DNA of 64,000 nucleotides from Stylophora pistillata (Eukaryota): NCBI RefSeq assembly GCF_002571385.2, contig NW_019217946.1, positions 295,427 to 359,426 of the forward strand, read 5' to 3'. Shown piece by piece: positions 1 to 12,707 of this stretch (position 1 is its first letter; each line of letters starts with the position of its first letter). The notes under the pieces were generated by a model. It saw only the letters and a program-made list of their open reading frames with translations, ran no database searches and was not told where the DNA came from. The position numbers and the translations under genes were made by a program.

Positions 1-924
1 ATTGTATGTATTGTTGGCAAAGCTAATAAATGAAATTAAATAGACGCAGCGAAAAGCTTACTACACTGAGAACACAGCTGTCGAGGGCTACGTCAGGAGT
101 ATGCGGGACACACCAGTGGCTTGGGCACCACATTAAAAGAGTTCGGAATACATGTTTCAGATTCAAATCGCGTGTTAAGAGCACTTAGGAGGGTTCTGAA
201 TTTCTGTACTGCTAGCTCGACTTGTCGCCCCAAGCCTTTGTTTCAATTCGACATCACTCGAGTTTCTTTCCCAAATTTCTGTTTGACTTACTCAGACTGC
301 ATAGCTACCTGAGTTGACTTGGACTGACAATAGATATTCAATTACAAACTCCCTCATTTGCAAATTATTAACTACTTGCGAAAACCAAATGACGAGACAC
401 GCACGCGTCAACCTTCCGTCGCTCAAGCTACATAAATGATAATATGTAATATCTGCCAGATCGCACTCTATTTATTCTGCCGTTTGATCCTCGCACGGTT
501 GTTGTCATGGAAACTGAATCAGCTGTGATCACAAAGACATCAATGAAATACACCTTCTACAAGAGATCCGTTCCAAACCTGATCATTTTTTATCGACATC
601 AAGGTAGGAAAGAACTTTTTTCTCTGTCTTATATTCAGGTTCTTGCAAGTCCTAGTTCTTTCAGTGGAAACTTGCAAAGGATTCAGAGGAGTTCCCTAAG
701 ACTATCAATTTTCGAGAAAACGCATCATGGACATTTGAAACGTAAGGGCACAAGCCTTTGGACCATACAATTAAGTTTTACATCTATTTCGGGATCATAT
801 AGAGCAACATTAATTCTTGAAGTGTTAAACGCATTGAAACAATCAAAAGAAAAACTTCTAGGAGCTGCATTTTTTACTAAACAGTTATTCCTTTCCAGAT
901 TGATATCCTGTGTCGGGTTACACT

Positions 925-1694
925 ATGAAGCTGTTCATTACTTTCACAGTAATTGCAATATTCTTGCTTGTTGGTCACGTGGAACCTAAGCCCGGAGGTA
1001 AAATAATGTTTTTTTGCTCATTTGCCCTTGGTATATACACCAGCAACTTGTTTTGACATATTTTGTCCGATGTCTGTCTTCCGTGAAGGATATTCATTTT
1101 CCAGGCTAGACATTCTGGGAATTGTAGTAGACAATTCCAATCTCGCTGGTTTTTAGACGCCTAAGCATGTAAATCCCGCTTAGATCTGAAATGTTTAGAA
1201 CAAGTGGACTAATGCATTACAAACGGAGAGCATTACTACTCTATGCCACTGTAGTCGATCCTCGAAAGACAAAGCTACACAAAGGTCGAAGTTGACAAAT
1301 AAAGGACGGCGGTGTCTCCTTGCTTCCCCGCCCCCACCCCCTGCTCCACTGCCCCTCCCCCTTTAATCAGGCTAAATTTGTCAATATAGATGTTTTAAAA
1401 ACTTTTCACAGCTTTATTACTCCTAAAGATATAAGCGGCTTAATAAAGTTGTGAACAAAGACTTTACTTTGCCCAGAGAGTTAAGAGGTGCTTTAACATA
1501 AAATCATTCAAAGATAAAAGCTCTCTTTTATCAGTACTTTTCATCTCCGTTTTCTAGTCGCACAGGAGCCCAAGGATCAGTGCATATCTGGATATGACTT
1601 GAGATACTGTGCAATAAGGTGCAGGGGTGACTGTTCAGGTTGGCCCCACCCTGCCTGTGCTGATGGTCAATTGTGATGCAGCTGCCCGATGTGA
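925..1694 (+). CDS. Small secreted cysteine-rich peptide (2 coding exons) with an in-frame TGA at 1674-1676; pseudogene, truncated allele or recoding candidate
   Basis: Exon 925-997 encodes the signal peptide MKLFITFTVIAIFLLVGHVEPKPG (acceptor tttccag ending 898, donor gtaaaa 998, phase 1). It joins in phase to acceptor tttctag|1558: VAQEPKDQCISGYDLRYCAIRCRGDCSGWPHPACADGQL*CSCPM*. Not present in the ORF track. Confidence 0.65.
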
Positions 1695-3554
1695 AGTAAG
1701 TAAAAATCCTTGGCTCGCTCAAACTCGTACAATTACAGGATGATATGCTTAGTGGGCAAATTGATTCTCTACCTCATGGCCAAAAGCAAGCAAATGATTT
1801 ATTTCGCTGTTATTAATGGACCGAAACTGTTTTAAGTGACAATAATTTTATTCTGACAACAGACAGGAAAAGTTCTATCTGATATCTTTCCTGAAGAGAT
1901 ACTCATCGTCACATGAAATATGTTTTCAGCTGCGTTTGAAGAAAAATTTAAAAGCCTAAAATCCTTGAGCAATTCAGTCGCTTTTGTTATTTTTATTGGA
2001 GCAGAGCAGATTCCCCCCTGTATTGACTTTTGTTCAAGATGTGAAACAAACAAAGCCGAATATGAAATCAGTGTCTGTTTTTCATTTTCTTCTAAAACTT
2101 CAGATATCGAAATAGAATATAAAAAAGAAAATTTCTCTCGTAGAAAACTGGTAATTTCGATACTGACCGCTTTAGTCAAGGAGAACTTGGCCTATATACT
2201 TGGCATATGGGCCATATTGTAAGATAAAAATCCAACACTCTTCTTGTCGTTGAGATGTTTCCTCTGTTCTTTTACAACTCATTCAACTTACGTCAGTTGG
2301 TCACCAGCTTGTAAAGGTCACACTTGGTAAGCTATCAATCCTCATCCATCGTCATCATTTCTCAATTAGCTAGCGTGAAACAGATCCCTCCTACTAAGTA
2401 TATACCTTCGAGATATTTGGTCGTTACAAAAGTATTTTCTACAGTAAATTTCTTACTCTTGCAGGGAAAGTTGGGCATAACGAATACAAGATTGGCAATA
2501 TAAAAATTATAGAATACCTATTAAAATAATAAGAATTACACTAAGAAAGATGACTGCGGAGAAAATAGTCTTCGAAGATTGTTAAACAACAATAAAATAA
2601 AGAGAGAATTCGGAGAAGAGAGTACCCGAGGTATCGCACTTAAGAGAGCTACGTGTTCCTAGGACATGCTATCTAATAAAACAAATTCAGTGCGGAGAAC
2701 GGAAAGTATAAGTTGTTTACCCTTAAAGTCAAACCAAAGAAAGAGGTGTTGAACATGCTAAATTAAAATTTAAGAAGTATTTTCTTGATCGGGAATTCGA
2801 CATAGAGCTAACCCAAAAACGAGAATGATAAAAGGGGTTGAAAATATAAGATAGGCAATTTCCAGGAAATCCTGTAAGGTATTAATTTTTGTTAGGACAA
2901 GTCATTTCCTTCTTTATCGATCATGTAAACATTATTGAAACAGCTTTTCGCAAGACAATGGAAATATTCCAATATTCTACTAAAAACTGTAGAAATCTTT
3001 TAAAAACTAAGACCACTAAAGAAATGGGAAAGGATCAACTAGCTTATTAAACTTTTTACTGAATGGCTTGTAGTAATACATTGCTTCCATTCACTTTCCA
3101 GCATCAGATAAGATATAGATCTGTTTTTATCGTTTAACAGTGTACTTGGCCTTTATAGCGGAACTCGTGCACGCGAAGCGTGAGCGTAGCGGAGCCCCAT
3201 ACTAAAGAAAATGGTAGTAACCCATCAAGCCGAGAAAATTCGATAGCGAGCAGGTATGTGCACCCTCTACTTTCAGGTTGTCCACTGTGAATGACAAAAA
3301 CGTGAGTATTTTATTGTCTTCTCATTTCAAAATGCTTGACAATCTCTACTTTTAATTATTTTTAATTGCTCTAAAAATTTTAATAAAATAGTTTTCGCAA
3401 TCTATTTTAACAGTCTAAAAGCTGTTAAATCATGACTCGCATTTTGAAAGAATAAAATTTTCCAAATCTCTCCAAGAGCATCAATCCGCACCAAGTGCAA
3501 AAGAGCGTCGGAATTAGGTTTGAGGAGTTCACTGAAAATAGGCAGACGTAAAGA

Positions 3555-5909
3555 ATGTTCACTTCCATTGGTGTTATTGAATTATTTTATATCACAGGTA
3601 TTGTGGTATTGTGGAATTTTTTACATTTTGCCTCAGTTTTTTGCATCACTCTGATTCGTAAATTTTTATTTTAACCGTTTATATATCTTGTTCCTCAGGG
3701 CTTCTTACCAGCGTTGAAGGTACGTAATCTGATTTTCGTAATTCCAAAAAATATACTATGGCAAAAAGCTATAGAGTGATCCAATTTAATTTTTATTACT
3801 CAACATTTTCCCCCAAATACCAAAAAATATCTTCCCAGATCACTTTCGACTCAAGTGAAAACTGCTCTAATTTGAGATGCATTTGCATCAGAGCAACTAC
3901 CTATTTGTTAATTTAGTGCCACAGCTTGATCGTAAACTTTTTTCAGCAACCTGTGGAATTCGCCCGCAAACTAGAATCATCAGTGGTCATAATGCAGCCC
4001 CTAATTCATGGCCTTGGATGGTGCAGATGAATTATCTTGGCGGCCATCACTGTGGAGGCGCCTTGGTTAGCCCACAGTGGATCGTAACAGCGGCCCACTG
4101 CGTGGATCATGCGAAGAGACCTCAGTATTATCGGGATTTTCGGATAACTCTCGGCGAACACCGAAGGAGCACACAAGGGGATTACGAACAAGTGTTCAAA
4201 GTGGTGGATATTGTGGTACACCCACATTATAATAAGCCTTCGATCGTGAACAATGATATTGGTGAGCCCAAATTGATGTGTACTCAGTAATTCAGGCTTA
4301 CTGATTGGTTACTCTAGTGGGAAACTGATGCCATTGTAAGTTACACTTTGAAAACAAAGAACGATCAGTGAAATACACTGTATAGGAATTGTAGATCCGA
4401 GAAAATGAAAGATTAACACAGAGTTTAGCAGCGTGCAGTTACTGAGTCCCTTAGTGAAGAAATAGTAAGCAAAGGATTACGACGAATAAAGAGTTTTCAA
4501 GGAGATAACCCGATTCTTATGCTCTTAGATTATCTTACAGTTTCATTAGAGTTTTTCCATGAAACTTCCTCATGAGAAACAAATAGTTCCATCCTATATC
4601 TAAAGTTGCTAAAATAAAATGGCATCGGCGGATCCAGAGTTTACATATGATGTAGTAAAGGGCCTTCAAAGTTACGAGGTACAAGAATTTTGTTTTAAGA
4701 TTGAATCTAAAATCAATTGATACTAGGTTAAACGATACGTAAACAAAGCTATTACAAACGAAGACATACATTGTTTCATTCTTTTCCGGCACAATCAGCG
4801 TTAATAAAACTGAACCGTCCCGCTGTATTGAATCAACAAGTCGGCTTGATCTGTCTTCCTAAACAAGGCTACATTATCCCGGCTGGAAAGAGATGTTATG
4901 CCACAGGTAACTATTCACTGGAATAAGTAGATTTTTCTAATTTTTTGCAAGCGTTTCTACTTTCAGAAATTTTTCATTATAGATCATGAAGAAAGGGGAA
5001 GTTGAGAAAATACAGAATTGGATGCTCCCAAAGTTGTTATCCTCAGGGTCAAAGGCGGGAAAAAATAAAGCTTCAACCCCATTGCTGACAAACACTTTCA
5101 CGTGTTATCTGTTTAACGTGCTATCGCCCACTCGGAAAGGAATGAAACACGGTTTACAGCTTTTTAGGTCTCTTCCTAGTGGCGGATCTAGGGGAAACCC
5201 CGGAGGGCCTAGTACCCTCCCCCACTCCTTAACCCTACCCTTTTTATGGGTAAAAAATAAACGCGGAGGGAAGAACAGCCGGTAAGTGAAGACGCACAAA
5301 CAAAAACGGCCCCTCCCTTAACTAAAGGTCTGGATCCGCCACTGCTTGCCCCCGTTTATCCATAAGGAAATGGCTTGAAATAGAGAAGTAAAATCTCACC
5401 TCGAAAACCTCGTCCGATCAAACTCTTTTGAATTACGTGTGAGTAGGATCACCCCTCGTTATCATGATGGTAACATTAAAAGATACCTTTCATCAGAAAT
5501 GAAATGGACCTGGAACATTACAAAAAATGTTCCATTGTTTAGTTTGTTTGCTTATTTGTTTACCGAAGGTTGGGGCTTGACAATTCTTGAGGACTGGAGC
5601 AGTCAAGCGGACATCCTCAAACAGGCCATGCTCCCTACAGTGAGTCAGTCAGCATGCGAGAGAAATAACAAGGACGCTGGTATCCCTGTGACAAACGCCA
5701 TGTTCTGCACAGGTCATGGTGGCTCTAGTCCCATCAGCACATGCAACACCGACAGTGGTGGACCAATAGTATGTAAGGATTGGACCGGCAGATGGTACCT
5801 ACAGGGTGTGGTCAGTTGGGGTGACGGTGGTTGTCATCCGGGACATTACTCTGTCAATGCCAGAGTGAGCAAGTACAGAAACTGGATTAATAGTTACACG
5901 GTGGGCTAG
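3555..5909 (+). CDS. Secreted S1A (chymotrypsin/elastase-like) serine protease, ~275 aa, 5 exons
   Basis: Exons 3555-3597, 3699-3719, 3947-4261, 4799-4906, 5569-5909, all GT-AG and phase-compatible (828 nt). Signal MFTSIGVIELFYITGLLTSVEA, propeptide TCGIRPQTR|IISG. Triad motifs TAAHC, NDIALIKL and TDSGGP; VVSWG present. Confidence 0.93.
5177..5344. mobile_element. MITE-like insertion in protease intron 4
   Basis: Terminal inverted repeats tagtggcggatctag (5177-5191) and ctggatccgccactg (5330-5344) around a non-coding interior. No clear TSD. Confidence 0.65.
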
Positions 5910-7887
5910 GTATGTAAAGTGCTGTTTTAGACGCTGAGATGAATAACACTTTTCTTTTTGAGATTTATACTTTACACGGAGGTAGTATTTTATTCTAAAC
6001 CAAACCCTAAGCAACCGTCCAATCAATGTTATCAAGGATGGATTCTGAAACCTAATCCCCATCATTTTTAATTGAAACGAATCTTCAGCTGCATGAACTA
6101 CAAACATTTCTGTCACAATGAACAAGCATTGCATTAACGAATGAATTCATGCGATAGTCATACCAGTAACATGACTCTTGTGTGCTGGTCTAGTTACTCA
6201 TCCACAGCTCAGTGGTAGAGCATGCGAAAAACCATTTGTAAGGGCAGAGGTGTTAATCTTGGAAATGGTTCTGTTAATGTCTTTACCAAGCATGCCTATG
6301 TCACTGACTAAAAGGAAAAATTATCTTTCAAACGTTCGTTTTACTATTACAAAACTTTTAAATGGCGCTGGGCACAACTATGCCTATTTGCAGGTCAGAC
6401 GATATAAATATTGATAATCTGAAAATAGAATAAAAAGTGTGAAGTGTGAGAGTTAAGGGCTATAATTGACCACTTATCTAATGTCCCTTTTATCTTCTCG
6501 CTTGATTTCCAGTTAAAGCTCTAAAAAGTGATGTTGAGAACGAGCGAGCCATCTTCCTTTGAGTTTAAAGAGAACATTGCAGCATTGGTTTTCCCTTATA
6601 AATGAAATAAAATGAAATACCAATTCTTGTGTTTGTGCTCTTTGTTGGGGTTTGTCTTTTTTGATCTTTTATTTTTCTGTGTGTGTTTTCCAGCTGCCAT
6701 GCATGTTTACTCGTCATAGAATTAAAAATGATAACAATGGAGAGAAACTTTCAACAATTTTAGCAGATGTTCTATAGACTTCCTATTCATTACTACTATT
6801 GCAATTCATAATTGGTCAAATTGAGGGCAAATGAATGATCCTCTTCGGATAGTTAATAACCTGTTGTTTTGGCTCCAGTCGGTTGCGCACGCGCTAATGA
6901 CTTTCGAGTCAATCACTTAATCAATCAATCGTTGAACGATCCAAAAAGAAATTACGCTTGAACAAATAAGTATGCACGGTAGAAATCATTTTCGCCAATG
7001 ATCCCATCTGCTGTCTAAAGAGATATTGTAAACTCAACTTATGCCAGACTAAGATTATCTGAAACAGACCAAGTAGACTTTTATTGCCTTTTCATGGATT
7101 TTAATTTTGGGAAAAACAGCGCTGTGTGTTTGCTTGTTTTTTTTAGCTACGCTCTTTATTCAAACGCACACAAATTCGTACAAAATTGAGGCTTTCTTTA
7201 CTACAGTTATTATCAGTGAAAGTGTTGTGGTCGAAATGATTTTGGGGCAAATATACGTGGGCGTCCTATTCTGAACTTATTACCATCAGAGAAAAGACAT
7301 GTTTTGAATCACAATAAAATTGAAGCGCTAGACATCAAAACAGGTTAAGAAATTTCGACCTTACTTTCCTTTGCTATTAGCCTTTATACGGGGTTAATGT
7401 AGATTTAAACCCATCAAAATTACTAATCAAATTGACAAGTTTTCACACTGTTCTTTGCACAAAGATATGAGGGATAAGAGAAGAGAGGAACCAGTCAGCT
7501 GTTTAAGGTTAAAACACACTCGAGTTTTCTGACCTTACCTGCATTGAGCGTAAACAAAATATGAAGTAATAGTGTTCGAGTACATTCACGTGAAGATAAT
7601 TTACTGAATACCTTTATTTTTTGTGTGACAATTTTACTTGTTTTGTGTAAATTGTCTTTGAAGTGGCCAAGAAATAGCTTTTGCTTACACACGAGCCAGG
7701 TTAACTTAGGGTGACTCAAGAGTTAAGAGGTTCTCCTGATGACAAATTCGTAATATACTGTGGTCTCTCGTCAACTTCAAATGGTAATTATAAGTACCTT
7801 GTTTTTGAAATAGTTCTCTAAGATATTCTGAAAAATCCTATAGGAAACATGCTTTATGTTCCCTTTTTCATTTGCAGTAAGACTATC

Positions 7888-10800
7888 ATGATGCGTAAAT
7901 TGAAGATGACCTGGGTCTTTACAATTTTAATTTTTGGTGAGTTAATCGAAAACGTTAATATCGAAAATAGATTGGATAATTGTACTTTATTTCAACTTTC
8001 TTTGGTAACAACGGTTTGAATTATTCCAAATTCTAGTAACGGCTATCAGTGTTATATTTTGCAACTGATTTCGGTGTTTATTTCCCCCTAACAGCTCAAG
8101 CAACGTTCTCGAAGTCTATAAAGAAGAAGCACAACAAAAAGGAGTCCATACCTAACCAAAGATCCCATTACTTGTTACTTATGGGGAACCCCATAGAGGA
8201 TGTACACCACCACAAGGGACTAGGGATGATCCTGTCCTCTAAGCATGGCGAGTCAGAAAAGCTGAAGGACACTCCAAGTAAGGAAGACCTTCATCACTAC
8301 AGCAAACAGAAATCAGGCCTTGTAGCAACTCTGCAATCGTCTTTAAGGGGATCCCCATCTGATCGTGGCTATAGCTACACCGAGGCACTGTTCACAGGAG
8401 CTCCTTTGTTAAATGGAGTCCCATTTACCAAGTCGGGTAAAACCCAAACACTTCAAAAAGGAAGCAGTACCGAAAAAACAGGGAAAGGAAGCGACAACCC
8501 TGCCCATAGTTATGAGAGTCAACCTTCTGCAAAGCTAAATGTTGATAAGAATGGCAGTTACGAAGGAAAAGGAAATGATCACGTGGTAAAGGTATCGAAC
8601 ACAGGGCACGGTTTCTGGGGATTTTCTTCCCATGATACAACAAAGGAAAGCCATCCATTAAGCGACAAGGGAAAGGGTGATCACACAAATGAGAAGGACA
8701 CACAGCATCAATTTATAAAACCACGACCCTCTTTGGATGTGTCACCTTACAAATCAGATAATAAAGTCCCGGAGCCCACAAAATACACAAAAGTTGATCA
8801 AACGGCAGACACCTCGTCACAAATTGAAAACCTTGAGAGAAACCCTTCCTCTGTCGATAGGTCGTATTCTAATCCAATGAAGAGTTACCAATATCAACAC
8901 GAACAACCTGCCAAAACAGGAGTGAATGATCACCCCGTAGAGCGAGTGCACCAAATCTTAGTGACAGGGGAGACCCAGGAGAATTTTCCGTCTGATGCCT
9001 TCAAAACCAATCCGTCTGTCGAAGAAAAAACTGTGAACAACAAAATACCTGAGAAAACCTATATCAAAGCGTATGATGAAGAATCACACCTGTTAGGGTC
9101 TAGTGTCTTACACAACGGACGGCGGAGTGACCATGATATAGAAGGACACCGCGGATATAACCCAAACGTAATAACTGGATCTTCTGAGTACTGGAGAACA
9201 CATGACAAACAAACAGAATATTCCCCACTTAACACAGTTACGGATCCGTCACTGGGTGGTGTGGAACGTCTCGAGAAGGAGACAGGTGTTGCTCCTTTGG
9301 AGGAATCAAGGAATGCTTCACCAAACGGTTTCAAGATTAACGAAGGAGTTTCTCAGGCTGAAAATACACCTCAACAACAACACCCTGGCTATCATCAGCA
9401 CAATAATAATTATGGCCAGCACATTGCGTCTCACTTAAAAGATGGAGGTGAATCTGATAATCAAGAATACGTTAATGCCTATAAGGCTAGACAAACACCA
9501 AAGTTAAAATCAAATGATTCCTTTACAATGCGTCTAGAGAGTTCAACACCAAGCCAAGGATCTCCTGGATTTGGAAGCTTGGTTAATCAACTTCGACCGC
9601 ATAAGATAATCGAAAGCGCATTTGATGAAGAACTCACCCACAGGATTATAATGGGGCCATCATATGAACAAAGTGGCCATTCCTTTCCCAAGAAGCCATC
9701 AACTGAAAAACAAACCAATGACATACAATTACAGTCCGGTTCGCATAATACTTTTTCCAATGGAAACTCTGAGGAAGGCGAATCAACATCTTTCCTGCCA
9801 TATCGTGAAGGAGATAGTCGTGCTTCTCATAGTCAAGAAAACGAGAAATTACCAAAACCTGAAAATGAAGCTAGAAATGAACCATCGCCACCTATTTCTG
9901 GGGCTGTTACAGATGAGTCACCAAATAATAGCCAAAATGAAGAAGAAACACTACACATTACATCAGATCGCCCGTTTTTAGGGATTGTAGCCCATCAAAG
10001 ACCAAAACAAGATAATTCATTTACCAACGATGTAAGCTCTCAGAAGGAGAGCACAGAAGAATCAAAGAATGGTGCTGAACATGAGCCTGATGCTAATTAT
10101 GAAGCTGGTCAAATTACGGGAAAAGAAGGACGGCAACCATTAGATCAACATGAAGCCGCTGAAACCATGCCACAAATTTCAAATGGGGAGGAGAATAATA
10201 CGGCGACTAATAATCTCGAGCATGCGATGCTATCAAAAGATCAAGGCCAGCCATCAGCTGAGGTTACAAGCCAGAGGGACACATCGCATTACCGACTTTC
10301 GGGGAAAGCTGTAGATACGACCTCGAATTATGAAAATACAGACACTAATAGCCAAGAAACACAGCAAAAACCCGATGAACAAACAGACACTTTACAAGGC
10401 AGTAGTGTCACACGTGATCCTGGTTCAAATAACGAACCAACTGACACACGTGATCCTGGTTTAAATAACGAACCAACTGACCACTCGTATAAGTTTCAAC
10501 AGAGACTATCAAACGAACAAGAATCCTACAAAGAAAATCAAGGACTACCCCAACATGGCGAGGGTGTTCAGCTGAACAACTTTGGTCATACAGACTCAGG
10601 AGACCTGTCAGTCGAAGCATCCTCACCCACAGATGAAAAAAGTGATAATCCTTCCCTTTATAGCCATCATGAGAAAGTTGAGCACCAAGATAGATATATT
10701 GAGGGATCTTCAGCAAATCCAGTCCAGGAACAAGAATCCATTCAAGGAGTGCAGCAACAGGAGTCCTCGCCAGTCGGTAACGAACGAGAACATGGAGTGA

Positions 10801-12707
10801 ATTCTGACAACTCAAATTTTTCAGAAAACTCACCTAGCCGAGGTGAAACTAATGAAGAGAACTTCAATCTCGAAGCTCAAAAACAAGAAACTTTTGGCAA
10901 CAGTAATGCTGACTTTGCACACGGACAAGTGGAACAACTAGAAGAAGCAATATCACCAGCTAGAGTAGAACTTTCTAGTGGCAGTAATACGGAAACCCTA
11001 ACAGAACAAGAGACATCACATCAGCCAGAACATAAAGAATCCTTCTCCCAAGGTTTCTCTAAACAGGATGAAGAAAAAAGCACAAAGCCATTGATAATAA
11101 GTTCTGAACAAGAGACTGTAAGTACTGATAGAGCAAGTGACTCAACGGAACAAAACGCATTGCACGATAAGCAAATCCAAATAAAAGTTGGGAACCCAGA
11201 GGAAGGTGGTGAGATTCCAAAGGCAGACCAATCAAAAGATGATGATGAGGGAAAAGTACTGATACCATTTTATCGCGCTAAAACCCACAATCAGAAGACC
11301 TCTCAAGAGATCGAAAGCAATCAGTCGAAGGGAAATGATCAGGAAAATAGGAATCAGAGGATAGTGTACTTCTTGAAAATGGCAAAAGGTATTCCACTTT
11401 TAAACACTAGAAAAGTAGCGCACCATCCAGAGCGAAATAATGCAGGAAATCGTGAACCGGGAGAGCATTCTACAAACAAAGTAATGAACCAAGACCCCAG
11501 AATAGAGAGTACTCCAGAAACGGACGTTGATGTGAATGGAGGAAGAAGATATCCTTGGAGTTGGCAAAGAAAACCTAGTCGTCTCCCAAGTTCTCAAACA
11601 TCTGAGGGACAGAGACCTTCCCCAAGTTCTAGTCAACGTCCCCAACCTGAACCGTACCCTAGTCCTAGCCCTAGCCCACCGAGTGGCGGCGGTGGTGCCC
11701 TTGGTGGCAGCAGCGTCAATTCTAACGAGCCACAGCGTAAGCATTCTTTTGACCTCTCTCTACTTAATTGTGGTGTTAAGCGGATCAAATTGTAATACGA
11801 ATCGAAATACTGAAAGGGAATAATCTCTTGAGATCGCTTGATCACAACAATTATTATAGGGCTAAGAAAACAAAAAAAAGCAAACTTTGACACTCGCAAA
11901 TAATAACAAAATAGTAAATTGTGAGGATGAGAAGAAAAGGCAAAAAGTATAACATTTATTCGTAATTTCTATTTACAGCCGATTCAGAGTTTGAGCAAGA
12001 AGCGTTGAAAACGCATAATAAATATCGAAAGGTACATGGTGTCCAAGAGATGACCTTGGATCGAGACCTCAGTAACCAGGCTAAAGCCTACGCACAAAAA
12101 ATTGCAAACATGGGTCAGCTGCTGCACTCATCTCAGGCAGAAAGAGGAACTAGTACAGGCGAGAATTTGGCTTACGCCTGTGCGTCAAACGGTACTCCGC
12201 TGACAGGAGAATCTGCGACCAAAATGTGGTACGTGATCACACTGAAAACACAGCATGCTAAAGCTGGATTTTCAACTCGTGCGAGAAGTTATCAATTGAT
12301 CATGTGAGGGGAAGCAAAAGCTGTAAGGGTCATAAACACTGGTATCGTTTTTAAGTCTTTTAACGTATGTGGTGTAGAAGCAATGACGATTGATGTCAAA
12401 GGCCAATGGTGCTTCCTTTAACGTGAATATTTGTTTTGTGCTGTATAGGTACGATGAAGTGTGCAAACCTGGCTACAACTTTGCTTCAGGTGGATTCAGC
12501 TCTGGAACAGGTCACTTTACTCAGGTGGTATGGAAGGACAGCGTTAAGCTGGGCATCGGACAAGGGAAGGCCACTCAGAATGGAATGCAATGTATCTATG
12601 TGGTTGGTCGTTATGACATCGCGGGTAACATGATGGGAGAATTTCAGGATCAAGTGTTGAGAGGAAACTTTAACAAAGGATACTGTAGAAATATAAAAAA
12701 AAAGTAG
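7888..12707 (+). CDS. Secreted CAP/SCP (GAPR-1-like) protein 1 with ~1200-aa disordered N-terminus (~1399 aa)
   Basis: Exons 7888-7936 (MMRKLKMTWVFTILIF), 8095-11736, 11979-12228, 12449-12707 (4200 nt). CAP motifs HNKYR, GENLA, W|YDEVC, GHFTQVVW, VVGRY..GN. Confidence 0.88.
10409..10480 (+). repeat. 36-bp tandem duplication within CAP1 coding exon (TRDPGxNNEPTD x2)
   Basis: cacacgtgatcctggtt(c/t)aaataacgaaccaactga occurs twice with one mismatch. Confidence 0.9.

Noticed and set aside
507-989. 160-aa ORF in the ORF track
   Set aside because: No recognisable features. It spans a probable 5' UTR intron (donor ~604, acceptor 898), and the signal-peptide exon is in a different frame.
1738-1800. 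ATGA...AAA...TGA stretch loosely resembling a SECIS downstream of the in-frame TGA
   Set aside because: Helix pairing is poor by eye and it lies after a likely splice donor (gtaagt ~1696); cannot be supported without SECISearch.
6205-6260. tRNA-like A-box (agctcagtggtagagca)
   Set aside because: No intact B-box or cloverleaf; at most a SINE relic.
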